DNA of 64,000 bases from Macrostomum lignano (lineage: Eukaryota). A program made the translations under genes and the position numbers. Below, in pieces: positions 1-13,054 of this stretch; within the stretch, counting starts at the first letter, position 1, and each line of letters begins with the position of its first letter. The notes under the pieces are model-generated. The model did no database searches, was not told where the DNA came from, and saw only the letters and a list, made by a program, of their open reading frames with translations. The stretch lies in the NCBI GenBank assembly GCA_002269645.1, contig NIVC01002217.1, forward strand, positions 1-64,000, in the 5' to 3' direction.

Positions 1-1946
1 CAATTCAAGAAAAAATGTAGAAAGTTGAAAACTTGTGGGTAAAGGGATGACTCTATCTCTATTCCTATCTCTAGTAAAAATATTTTTACTACTCAAAAAA
101 TTATTTAAAACTCTTTTCTGAGTACAATATCAGTGATAAACCTACGTATGATTTATTTTCTGCTTAATACATTTGTTTTTGACGATTTAAAAAAGTTCCG
201 AGAATAAAAAATAATTGGTATACTTGGTATTTGTTGGTGGAAATGGAAACCAAACAAGCCAATATAGTTGTTTATGGCAAAATATGTATTTCAAAGCACA
301 GATGTATACATAGGCCATGGCTATGTTTTAAGAAAACATTGTTGCAGTGTGAGAGACAAAGCGAGTTCCAACGAAAGCTTGCAAGGGGCCACGTTTAGTC
401 GAGTTTTTGAGAGAGAGTAGAGTAGTCCCTCCTTTTGTATTTAACTGTTCATGTCGATGACAAAAGTATGATAGCGTGTTCTCAGATTTTCTCAAAAAGA
501 GTTTTCAAGCTGCCCAGAAAAACAAGCTGCTTAAAGTTGTGGCAAATCCAACCCTCAGATATCTGACTTGTTCGATCACAGTGCTTAGATGTTTAAGTTG
601 CAATGCTTTAGTTAGGACCCATTGATACTATTTATTAATGCTCTTAAATAATTTTTTATCCTAAATCATCTTGAAAAAAAAGTTCTATATCAATAAAACA
701 CGATCGATTTTTTATAATGTTGCTTTCTTACTCGGCGCGATTTTAAAACTTTTTAATTTTTCAGTCCGCTTATATAGAGAGCTCTACCTAGAACTTGATC
801 GAGTCTATAGAATAGTGACCTAGCGAGTGTGTATTAGTTTATAGATAGAAAACAAGTTTAAAGCTGTGTCAAGACCTTTTAAAAGCGACTTTTAGTGTTA
901 AAGATTAATATTTTCTTGTAAATCAGTGTCAAATGAACTCTCTTCTTTCGATTGTCACTCGCGGTCAAGCATCACGCCTGCTTTCAGTTGGAAAGAGCAT
1001 TAAACTCTCAAATATCTATCATGGCAATTTTCGAGTCTGTTCTTTTTCTCAACAAGCGAATAAAAACCAAGGTGAAAATTAATTATTTGATCTTTGACAC
1101 TTATAATAACTTATAGTCTGGTGCTTTTCAGCTAGATGTTGCATTGACTTTTCAGTGCTGTGCACTTTTAAAGTGAGCTATTTTTTGTCAATGAGATAGC
1201 TATCCCAACCGGCCAACCTCCACCTGCCTGTCCTTCCTGATCTAGGCCTAGATGTATAAAAGGGATTATATAATTTATATAATTTTGGGTAAATAGCAGG
1301 AGTAACTATGACTAAACTACTAAGGCAAAATGCCCCATCATCTAATTAGTACTGCATCTGTATTTTTTAAGTTTGCATTTTTAAAGTTTACCTTGGCTAG
1401 ACCTCTTGCCACTTATTGGCCAATTGGCTGGGGTTGGGCATGTATGGCAAGGATATTGTTGACTATAGTAAAGCACTTAGTAGCTAATCAAGTGGCTCAT
1501 AGTAGCACAACCAGAAATTTTTTGAGGGGAGGGCAGATTCTAGAGGGTAAAGTTCCGGAGGGGGGTGGAGGGGTGGCTCTGTTTTTGGCAAAAATTTGCT
1601 TGGTCCCTCCTTACTGGTGGCTCATTATATATATAAGCCATAGCTGGGAAAGTGGCAATTCCGGCACAAATTGGCCCTTTTTTGGCACACACGATGCACA
1701 TAGGGTACAAGGAAAAATTGAAAATGCTCTGGCGGCGCACATGGCGCATGGCACTGAAAAAATATATAGTTACACTTTGTTATACTTTGCAAAATATATA
1801 GTATCAGGCCTAATTCCATAATTCATAAAATAAAATGTTATACTAACATATGAAACATTCGCCGACACTTATTCAGACACTTCTACAGACACTTTAGTTT
1901 CTGTCATACAAATCGTAGGAACAAGCATTAAATTTGTTTATTCCTC

Positions 1947-2147
1947 ACAAACTACCAATAAACTGCTTTATTTTAAGCTTTTTTGCTTTATTTTATTAAA
2001 TATGAATTAGGAAGTGCCCTGGACAAATTTAACATTCTTCTTCATGTGAGTGAAGAGAATCTATGCAGAATAACAAATTTCATAATTCATATTTAATAAA
2101 ATAAAGCAAAAAAAAGCTTAAAATAAAGCAGTTTACTGATAGTTTGT
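1947..2147. repeat. AT-rich inverted repeat (~63-bp arms, ~73-nt spacer)
   Basis: 1947-2009 is the near-perfect reverse complement of 2083-2147. Confidence 0.85.
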
Positions 2148-3487
2148 TAGTTTGTTACTAATTCTATAATTCGTAAAATAAAATGTTATACTATCAGAGT
2201 ACTAAAATTATGTAAATCACGATATAAAATACGTAAATGAAATTCAAATTTGTCTACCATAAATTCAAATTTGTTTACCAGTGAATTATTAATTACCTTA
2301 CCTTACCTTATCATGGCACGCTGCGGCGCACAAAATATTTTCTTCATGGCACACGGCGCACAGTGCTCAAAAGCCATCAAAATAGTTCCAGCGCACACTG
2401 TGCCACCTTCCCAACTATGGTATATAAGAACATTAATACAACTTAGTAACTGCTAATTATGGTTTAATCATAGGGACCAATTATTTCTATTATAACTTGG
2501 TGGCAGGAATGAAATTAAAGAAATAGAAAAAATACTGTGTATATTAAAGAAATATAAAAATTAGGGCCTATACATTAAAGAAATAGCAGAGTTTTAAGGC
2601 TTAAGATATAGAACTTAGGTAAAAAATTAATTATTTGAAAAGTGTTTGTAAAATTAATGAATCAAAATCAGGCTAATGATAAATAGTCTTTGATAAGCAT
2701 TGTTATATTTCCCAAGTATTTATATTTATTCTAAGTATTTCCCAAGTCTTAGATAGAAACATTAGAAATAGGAATTGCTAGCTAATCTAGACCTGTCCAC
2801 TGCATTTGTAGCATATGAATTGCATACAGCATGGAAAATCTTTTGCTTAAGTCCTTAACCCCAAGGACTAAAAAGCTCTCTTATATAAGCTTTGAAACAG
2901 ACATTCATTCATTTTTGCCTGAAGTCCCACTCATAAAATCAAAGGCTCTAATCATGTTTTAGTTTTAGAGATTGAGTGCAAAATAAAATAGTTATATCCA
3001 GAGGAAAGTAAATAAACATTCATTTATAAGCCAAGTCTCAGTTATTAGGTGGCCAGTATTAATAGATATGGGAAATGTTCCTATAACCATATCCAATGTT
3101 TTGTCTAAAACCCCCTATCAATAACTTCCTATAGGCCTAGTTATATCTATAGCTATGACAGAACTCCAAAAGCTTGCAATTTTGCATGAAATTTTCTAGA
3201 ATTTTCTAGAAATTCTTATAGTAGAATTTAAGATAATATATAGCATGATATGTTTATGTTACATATTATGTGCACTTTTATAATGATGCTAAATATATTA
3301 TAATTAAATATGGGTGCATTTTGCCTTCAAAATCTCCTTCAAAAGAGTGGCAGCCACTTTCCTATCCAAGTTGTACCACTGTTAAGATTATTAAAATAAG
3401 TTTGTCAAAAATCATTAAAAAAGACTGCATTTATTTATGATATTAATTTGATTGCTATTAATAATGTACCTCATTTTGAAATTTTAG

Positions 3488-6400
3488 ATGTTTACTACAG
3501 TAAGAAGCACGAGTATGTAATCATGGAGTCCGACTCTCTGGCTCGGGTTGGCATCTCCAACTATGCTCAGGAGAAGCTCGGCGACGTAGTCTATGTGCAG
3601 CTGCCAGAAGTGGATCGCATTATTGAGTTAAATGGTGAGATTTCTGCATTTTTCTTTCGTCCCTGTTTCTTCTTTCCTTTCATCCCTGTCTCTTCCCCTT
3701 TCACCCCTGTCTCTTCCCCTTTCACCCCTGTCTCTTCTCCTTTCACCCCTGTCTCTTCCCCTTTCACCCCTGTCGGCCTGTCTCTTCCCCTTTCACCCCT
3801 GTCTCTTCCCCTTTCACCCCTGTCTCTTCCCCTTTTCATCCCTGTCTCTTCCCCTTTCACCCCTGTCGGCCTGTCTCTTCCCATTTCACCCCTGTCTCTT
3901 CCCCTTTCACCCCTGTCTCTTCCCCTTTCACCCCTGTCTCTTCCCCTTTCATCCCTGTCTCTTCCCCTTTCACCCCTGTCTCTTCCCCTTTCATCCCTGT
4001 CTCTTCCCCTTTCACCCCTGTCTCTTCCCCTTTCACCCCTGTCTCTTCCCCTTTCATCCCTGTCTCTTCCCCTTTCACCCCTGTCTCTTCCTCTTTCACC
4101 CCTGTCTCTTCTCCTTTCATCCCTGTCTCTTCCCCTTTCACCCCTGTCGGCCTGTCTCTTCCCCTTTCACCCCTGTCTCTTCCCCTTTCATCCCTGTCTC
4201 TTCCCCTTTCACCCCTGTCTCTTCCCCTTTTCATCCCTGTCTCTTCCCCTTTCACCCCTGTCTCTTCCCATTTCACCCTGTCTCTTCCCCTTTCACCCCT
4301 GTCTCTTCCCCTTTCACCCCTGTCTCTTCCCCTTTCACCCCTGTCTCTTCCCCTTTCACCCCTGTCTCTTCCCCTTTCACCCCTGTCTATTCTCCTTTCA
4401 TCCCTGTCTCTTCCCCTTTCATCCCTGACCCTGTCTCATCTTTCATCCCTGTCTCATCTCCTTTCACCCCTGTCTCTTCTCCTTTCATCCCTGTCTCATC
4501 TCCTTTCATCCCTGTCTCTTCTCCTTTCATCCCTGTCTCATCTCCTTTCATCCCTGTCTCTTCTCCTTTCATCCCTGTCTCATCTCCTTTCATCCCTGTC
4601 TCTTCTCCTTTCATCCCTGTCTCATCTCCTTTCATCCCTGTCTCATCTCCTTTCATCCCTGTCTCTTCTCCTTTCATCCCTGTCTCTTCTCCTTTCATCC
4701 CTGTCTCTTCCCCTTTCATCCCTGTCTCATCTCCTTTCACCCCTGTCTCTTCTCCTTTCATCCCTGTCTCTTCTCCTTTCATCCCTGTCTCATCTCCTTT
4801 CATCCCTGTCTCTTCCCCTTTCATCCTTGTCTGTTTTTTTCACCCTTGTTTCCCCATTTCATCCCTGTCTCTTCTTTTTTCATCCCTGTCTCTTCCCCTT
4901 TCATCCCTGTCTCTTCCCTTTTACCCCTGTCTCTCCCTGATCTTCTGATTATATCGCAGACAATTGCAGCTCAATCCAGCTCGCGTCTCCCGCCCATTTC
5001 AGAGGATGTAGCAGCAGTGGAGTCGGTGAAAGCGGCCAGCGAAGTCTACTCCCCTGTGTCTGGCACCGTCACCGATGTTAACAAATCGCTAGAAACTGAC
5101 TTCGCCCTCATCAACAAGTCGCCCCTAGAGAAAGGTCAGTTTTCACTGGTTTAAACAGTGTGGGTAATGGGTATCGGCTGACCCTATATAATATAATACT
5201 GGCCGCTAGTTTTCCAGGTCGCAACAGCGTGCGTCTAAGCTCTTATTGTCTTGTCTGACGCACATTTTCCTTATCAGTTATGCAGACATATAGTTATCTG
5301 AATTGGGCGTCAGTATTGTACAGTCTTGTACACAGAGATTCGCGCCATTTCTTCACGTGCAGGTGCAAGTCTGTTTAGTAAATTTCCGTCCCAACGGAAC
5401 ACCTGGGGCCTGGGGGGAGGGGAGGAGGCTCGTTAACTATTTTTGACCGCTTGCAGAAAATTCCGCCCCACAACTGCACCACGAATCATAAAGTGTATTC
5501 GTTCTCTTGGATTCCAGTGTGCTAATCTGCTGATTTTGAGTAGTTTTGTGCAGTTTTTTTGGGGAAATCTAGATCTGTCTGGAGGGGGTTATTCTCTGTG
5601 TCTCTACTGCAGTTTCTCACATCAAATGGGGGGTATTCTCTGTGTCTCTACTGCAGTTTGTCACATCAAATGGGGGGTATTCTCTGTGTCTCTACTGCAG
5701 TTTGTCATATCAAATGGGGGGTATTCTCTGTGTCTCTACTGCAGTTTGTCATATCAAATGGGGGGTATTCTCTGTGTCTCTACTGCAGTTTGTCACATCA
5801 AATGGGGGGTATTCTCTGTGTCTCTACTGCAGTTTGTCACATCAAATGGGGGGTATTCTCTGTGTCTCTACTGCAGTTTGTCACATCAAATGGGGGGTAT
5901 TCTCTGTGTCTCTACTGCAGTTTGTCATATCAAATGGGGGTATTCTCTGTGTCTGAACTGCAGTTTCTCATATCAAATGGGGGTATTCTCTGTGTCTGAA
6001 CTGCAGTTTGTCATATCAAATGGGGGGGTATTCTCTGTGTCTGAACTGCAGTTTCTCATATCAAGTGGGGGGGTATTCTCTGTGTCTGAACTGCAGTTTC
6101 TCATATTAAATGGGGGGGGGTATTCTCTGTGTCTGAACTGCAGTTTCTCATATTAAATGGGGGGGGTATTCTCTGTGTCTGAACTGCAGTTTCTCATATC
6201 AAATGGGGTATTCTCTGTGTCTGAACTGCAGTTTCTCATATCAAATGGGGGGGGTATTCTCTGTGTCTGAACTGCAGTTTCTCATATTAAATGGGGGGGG
6301 GGGTATTCTCTGTGTCTGAACTGCAGTTTCTCATATCAAATGGGGGTATTCTCTGTGTCTGAACTGCAGTTTCTCATATCAAATGGGGGTATTCTCTGTG

Positions 6401-8307
6401 TCTGAACTGCAGTTTCTCATATTAAATGGGGGGGGGTATTCTCTGTGTCTGAACTGCAGTTTCTCATATCAAATGGGGGTATTCTCTGTGTCTGAACTGC
6501 AGTTTCTCATATCAAATGGGGGGTATTCTCTGTGTCTGAACTGCAGTTTCTCATATCAAATGGGGTATTCTCTCTGTCTGAACTGCAGTTTCTCATATTA
6601 AATGGGGGGTATTCTCTGTGTCTGAACTGCAGTTTCTCATATCAAATGGGGGGGGGTATTCTCTGTGTCTGAACTGCAGTTTCTCATATTAAATGGGGGG
6701 GGGGTATTCTCTGTGTCTGAACTGCAGTTTCTCATATCAAATGGGGGTATTCTCTGTGTCTGAACTGCAGTTTCTCATATTAAATGGGGGGGGGGGTATT
6801 CTCTGTGTCTGAACTGCAGTTTCTCATATCAAATGGGGGGGGGGTATTCTCTGTGTCTGAACTGCAGTTTCTCATATTAAATGGGGGGGGGTATTCTCTG
6901 TGTCTGAACTGCAGTTTCTCATATCAAATGGGGGGGGTATTCTCTGTGTCTGAACTGCAGTTTCTCATATTAAATGGGGGGGGGGTATTCTCTGTGTCTG
7001 AACTGCAGTTTCTCATATCAAATGGGGGGGTATTCTCTGTGTCTGAACTGCAGTTTCTCATATCAAATGGGGTATTCTCTGTGTCTGAACTGCAGTTTCT
7101 CATATCAAATGGGGGTATTCTCTGTGTCTGAACTGCAGTTTCTCATATCAAATGGGGGTATTCTCTGTGTCTGAACTGCATTTTCTCATATCAAATGGGG
7201 GGGGGTATTCTCTGTGTCTGAACTGCAGTTTCTCATATTAAATGGGGGGGTATTCTCTGTGTCTGAACTGCAGTTTCTCATATTAAATGGGGGGGGTATT
7301 CTCTGTGTCTGAACTGCAGTTTCTCATATTAAATGGGGGGGTATTCTCTGTGTCTGAACTGCAGTTTCTCATATCAAATGGGGGGGGTATTCTCTGTGTC
7401 TGAACTGCAGTTTCTCATATTAAATGGGGGGTATTCTCTGTGTCTGAACTGCAGTTTCTCATATCAAATGGGGGGGGGGTATTCTCTGTGTCTGAACTGC
7501 AGTTTCTCATATTAAATGGGGGGTATTCTCTGTGTCTGAACTGCAGTTTCTCATATCAAATGGGGGTATTCTCTGTGTCTGAACTGCAGTGTGTCATATC
7601 AGTCTGGGGGTATTTTCCATACCTTAACTGCAGTGTGTCATATCAGTCCGGGGTATTTTCCATACCTGAACTGCAGTGTGTCATATCAGTCCGGGGTATT
7701 TTCCATACCTGAACTGCAGTGTGTCATATCAGTCCGGGGTATTTTCTATACCTGAACTGCAGTGTGTCATATCAGTCCGGGGTATTTTCCATACCTGAAC
7801 TGCAGTGTGTCATATCAGTCCGGGGTATTTTCTATACCTGAACTGCAGTGTGTCATATCAGTCCGGGGTATTTTCCATACCTGAACTGCAGTGTGTCATA
7901 TCAGTCCGGGGTATTTTCTATACCTGAACTAGTAAACATAATAGTTTTGTTTCACTCAGGCTTGAAAGTTTGGCAAAGAAATTTCCTCTAGAAAAAAGCA
8001 TGCTGAAACTGTTTGGCAAAGAAATTTCCTCTAGAAAAAAGCATGCTGAAACTGTTTGGCAAAGAAATTTCCTCTAGAAAAAAGCATGCTGAAACTGTTT
8101 GGCAAAGAAATTTCCTCTAGAAAAAAGCATGCTGAAACTGTTTGGCAAAGAAATTTCCTCTAGAAAAAAGCATGCTGAAACTGTTTTGCAGGCTGGATTT
8201 TCAAGGTCAGCCTGAGCGACAAGGACGAGCTGAAGCTGCTGATGGACCAGGCTGCCTACGACAAATACCTGAAGAACGAGGCAGACGAAGAAGACGATCA
8301 TCACTAG
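3488..8307 (+). CDS. GCSH: Glycine cleavage system H protein, last three coding exons (3488-3634, 5003-5134, 8192-8307); the first exon (transit peptide) was not found in the window
   Basis: Spliced translation reads YYSKKHEYV..ARVGISNYAQEKLGDVVYVQLP..E|DVAAVESVKAASEVYSPVSGTVTDVN..LINKSPLEKG|WIFKV..LMDQAAYDKY*. The lipoyl-lysine motif ESVKAA is present; all introns are GT-AG with matching phase 1. Confidence 0.95.
3668..4935. repeat. ~21-bp CT-rich minisatellite filling a GCSH intron
   Basis: Unit CTTTCAYCCCTGTCTCWTCYC. Confidence 0.92.
5586..7930. repeat. ~43-bp minisatellite with variable poly-G, three variant zones
   Basis: Unit G(n)TATTCTCTGTGTCTGAACTGCAGTTTCTCATATCAAAT and derivatives. 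Confidence 0.93.
7968..8182. repeat. 43-bp tandem repeat x5 abutting a GCSH splice acceptor
   Basis: GTTTGGCAAAGAAATTTCCTCTAGAAAAAAGCATGCTGAAACT at 7968, 8011, 8054, 8097, 8140. Confidence 0.92.
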
Positions 8308-9337
8308 CTGTCCAATGATTATCACTGTGCTGACTGTCTTATTTATCTTTTGATATTCGTTAAATACTACTAATATTATCGATAGTAGAAATGGGCAGTA
8401 GGTAGGTATATAAATTAATCGAAAATAATTTTCTGCACCTTTTCTCTGTGTGTCTCAGTCTCGAATTTCCCCATATAGTGACTCCCGTGCGCTCGCTTGC
8501 GACGTCCTTGCCTGAAATCGTTATAAAAATATATTTTTACCGTTAAATCTATTTTGGAGTGTCTCATTTTGCTGCTTTCATATCCGCTGCCTTCAATGTC
8601 TCGTTGCTTGAGGAATAATTGCCGAAATGTCTCTCGGCCTTGTTATTCTAGTACGAAAACTATTTTTAGCTCATAACAAATTTTTTTATGCACGCGTGTT
8701 CCTTATTTACTACTGATAGTAGCTTGAATTCCGATTCGCATAAAAACTATTGCAGATGAAAAAGCGAAAAAAGACAAAATCAGTTTATCAATAAAAAACA
8801 ATCATTTTGATTTGTTGAACTAACAGCGCTAACTTATCTGACAGGATTTAGGCACAAAGATTGGTTTGCTTTGAATAATAATTTAGTAAGCTGCAGCACA
8901 TTGCCAATTGCAAGATTTGTGTTGAACAATGTCTCTCCAACTCCGCTGTCAGTCGCCCGCTGTGTGCTATAAATTCCATGCACCGATTTGGTCTGTTTTT
9001 TCTTTAATAATTCCCAAATTGCCCACAGATTTCATTGGCTTTTACTCGTAAAATTGAAAAATATATATTAATCCATTTGGTGCACTATATATACTACTGT
9101 TAGTCATCTATTGTCCTTTTTCAATATTGATTAAGTAAAATGGATTGAGCTTGCGTGTTAGCCCTTCGCTGGTAAATCCAGTCCTTGCAAGGCATATCGC
9201 TTGCTTGCCAAAATAATCATAATTCATTGCATCTATGAGTTAATTGACATTTTATCGTTTCGTTTTTCAACTCTAGTTTAATCTGGGTGTCTTATGGAAT
9301 ATGGATGCCCTGTCATCCCGATTTGGGTATGACTCTT

Positions 9338-9730
9338 AAATCTCACCTGAGACGCTAAAAATGACACTCAAATCTAACCTGAGACGCTAAATATGACACT
9401 CAAATCTAACCTGAGACGCTAAATATGACACTCAAATCTAACCTGAGACACAAAATACTGCACTCAAATCTCACCTGGGACACTGAATATGACACTCAAT
9501 CTCACCCGAGACACTAAGTACTGCACTCAAATCTCAACTGGGACACCGAATGTGACCCTAAAATCTCACCTGAGATGCTGAATACTGCACTCAAATCTCA
9601 CATGAGAAACTAAATATGACAATCAAATCTCACCTGAGACTGAATACGACACTCAAATCTCACCGGAGACACTGAATATGACACTCAATTCTCACCTGAG
9701 ACACTGAATATGACACTCAGATCTCACCTG
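9338..9730. repeat. Degenerate ~32-bp minisatellite
   Basis: Unit like CACTCAAATCTCACCTGAGACACTGAATATGA. Confidence 0.8.
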
Positions 9731-10625
9731 CAAACTGCAACACCGGCTTCAAAATGACAATGCATTAACGTATATAATTTTATACCACGTACAGTTCTGA
9801 GCTGCATCCTATCGCAGTAGGGCGACCTCAAGTTAACTTGCCACTCACTCACCCTTCAGCAGCTTTTTTATCTACTAACCGCGATCAACTCTGCTTAACT
9901 TGCAGCTAATGTTGTTGCCTTGGTGGTGTTCCCTAACCCACTGAACTTAGTAAACTTGCCAAATATAAGCTCGTATAGCTAGCTAGTCTATTATCAGTAG
10001 TGTGAATGAGGCAAAACTATAGATAATGCATAACATATCAACATCAAAGCTTTATTAATGTCTTAATAATTAAATGACATCAGGATTTCACGCCCTCTAT
10101 GTTGTGCAAATCTTAAATTATTTGTCATATGTCGGTCTCAGCGATCACATTAGCATTGGCGTTGGCGTAAAGCGTTGCTTAAATTGATTTGGTTTTTGCA
10201 TTTATATTTTAACGCTTTTATTATATAGTGATATGTAGCCTGAATAATACGACTATATGATACAGTTTGCCATTGCCGGGGTCTGTGGGAAGATTAATAG
10301 GACGGCGATTCTGTCCGTTCCAGCTGGCTAAATAGCCATACTGTATCGGCATGGTCCCCGTGCTCAGAGGGTTTGGGATTTTCCTGACAACTGATTCTGC
10401 TCACAGTCTGATTTGAAAATCTTTCAGCAGCTACTTAACTATTCCCAATGCCTGTGTTATTACTTCTTTTAGTTTGCATGTCTTCTTGGGTTTCGCCTCT
10501 TACCCTCAAGAATTCAATATAAACTCCCAGTTGACATCGCAGCACTCCGTGTGCTATTAAATTGTAGTTACACTTCTCTCTTTGAGCGGCTCTATTGCGT
10601 GTAGCTATATTTTGCGGATATATAG

Positions 10626-11498
10626 AGAGGGCTATGACGGGAGAGAATGGGCACTAAGAGGGCTATGACGGGAGAGAATGGGCACTGAGAGGGCTATGAC
10701 GGGAGAGAGTAGACACAGAGGGCTATGGCAGGAGAAAGTAGACACTGATAGGGATATGACGGGAGAGAGTAGACACTGAGGGGGCTATGACGTGAGAGAG
10801 TAGATACTGAGGGGGCTATGACGTGAGAGAGTAGACACTGAGGGGGCTATGACGGGAGAGAGTAGACACTGAGGGGGCTATGACGGGAGAGAGTAGACAC
10901 TGAGGGGGCTATGACGAGAGTAGACACTGAGGGGGCTATGACGGGAGAGAGTAGACACTGAGGGGGCTATGACGGGAGAGAGTAGACACTGAGGGGGCTA
11001 TGACGGGAGAGAGTAGACACTGAGGGGGCTATGACGGGAGAGAGTAGACACTGAGAGGGCTATGACGGGAGAGAGTAGACACTGAAGGGGGCTATGACGG
11101 GAGAGAGTAGACACTGAGGGGGGCTATGACGGGAGAGAGTAGACACTGAGGGGGCTATGACGGGAGAGAGTAGACACTGAGGGGGCTATGACGGGAGAGA
11201 GTAGACACTGAGAGGGCTATGACGGGAGAGAGTAGACACTGAGGGCTATGACGGGAGAGAGTAGACACTGAGGGGGCTATGACGGGAGAGAGTAGACACT
11301 GAGGGGGCTATGACGGGAGAGAGTAGACACTGAGGGGGCTATGACGGGAGAGAGTAGACACTGAGGGGGCTATGACGGGAGAGAGTAGACACTGAGGGGC
11401 TATGACGGGAGAGAGTAGACACTGAGAGGGCTATGACGGGAGAGAGTAGACACTGAGGGGGCTATGACGGGAGAGAGTAGACACTGAGGGGGCTATGA
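10626..11498. repeat. 31-bp minisatellite
   Basis: Unit GAGGGGGCTATGACGGGAGAGAGTAGACACT. Confidence 0.92.
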
Positions 11499-12838
11499 CG
11501 CTTGCATTTTATATCGACAGGGAACGAAGTAACTAGTGCAGTTATAAGAAGAAAGATTGAGAATAAAGGTAAGATATGATAATCGAGTAGAGTTATGAAT
11601 GGGCCCTGCCCGAAAGGCCCGGGAGTTCCCCCAGGTGGGGATGAAAAATGGAGAGCCAAAACTATGAGATGAGATGCAGTGCAGACACAGCTTCGTTCGT
11701 ATGGCCATTTATTATCGATGGATGGAAGCCGGAACATTAACTGTAACACAAACTATATTGCATATATCAGGAGGTGACCTGTCCATCCACTCTCCTAAGC
11801 TTGCGGGGCGCAGGATATTGATATGTATATGATGAGGCATTGAATTTGCATCCAAAGCTCATAAGCAGCGGATGGAGGTACGCGGAAGGAACTTGAGACA
11901 TGATGGAGACGGCGGTCCAGAAAGGAGAATGAAGGCGAATCCCGTGTGAAGCAGTGAACACTGAGTTTGACCGATGTTGCCGCGCGAGATCTGCATGCAG
12001 CTTCCCCCCCCCCATTATTATCGTCGGGATGGAGGGATGGCAGCAGCTGACCTCCTGGGGATTTAGGCTGGCTGCCAGTAGGCACAGTTGAGCAGGACTG
12101 TGATGGATATAATTCGGATTTCTCCATTCTCTCTCTCTTATCCCACCGGGAAGACTGAGTGTACGCAGGCAGAGAAATTCGGGTGGGCAAAATATAAAAT
12201 ATAACAGGCTGGAGAATCGAGCAGCAGATTTGCATGAAATGGCGCGGGAGCCTGAAGGAAGGGGATTAATGCTGAGTTCGCCGCCCCCCCCGTCAGCCTC
12301 CCTCTGATGCTGCCTGCCTCTCCCGCCAAAAGGAGGCCAAATGGAAAATAAAAGTATGCCACAGCTGATGGCGCTTGCTGCTCCTGTCCTCCTGTATCCC
12401 AGACTTGTCTCCCGATCCATACCGATCCGTATTGATTTTTCAATTCTCCCCAACCGTTTCCACTTCTGTTCAAAGCCCCGCTCTCCGCCTCTCCTTCTAG
12501 CTGGCTCAGTTCCTCCGCTTTCTCGATGCTCAAATTTTTTATATCCCATCTGTCCTGTTCCCTAAGCTAGGGGCCTCGGCGCCTAAGGGTGCGCTCTGTG
12601 CTCAGGTTAATTAGACTCTGGCGGAAAGCCAAAAGCAGTCGGTCACGCGATTCGATAGCAAATCTTCCCGAGTAGCAGCAAGAGTAGGACGCAACACCCG
12701 AATAAATTTACTGCATGGCTAAGTCTAGATAACAAGTCTTTAGTTTTTTAGCACTGAACTGCACAATATTTCACCTGGACTTCGGAATTCCAAATTAAGC
12801 AAGCATGGGTATTTTTGCAGCAGGTTTCTCAAGAGGAC

Positions 12839-12940
12839 AGGGCACTGAGGACTGTCACAGGAAGCACAGGGAACTGAGGACTGTCACAGGAAGCACAGGG
12901 CACTGAGGACTGTCACAGGAAGCACAGGGCACTGAGGACT
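12839..12940 (+). repeat. 29-bp minisatellite, left part of the array split by the LINE
   Basis: Unit GGGCACTGAGGACTGTCACAGGAAGCACA. Confidence 0.9.
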
Positions 12941-13054
12941 TGACTTACTTGACTTAGCTGCAGGGGGCGTCCGGCGGATGCAGCGAGGAGGCGGAGGAGA
13001 CCGCCCATTCCGCTAGCCCCTGGCGACCAACGACTTCCGTTGAAGTGGTGTCGC

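Noticed and set aside
11767-12565. 260-aa minus ORF and neighbours
   Set aside because: No recognisable motifs or coherent exon structure; possibly decayed repeat sequence.
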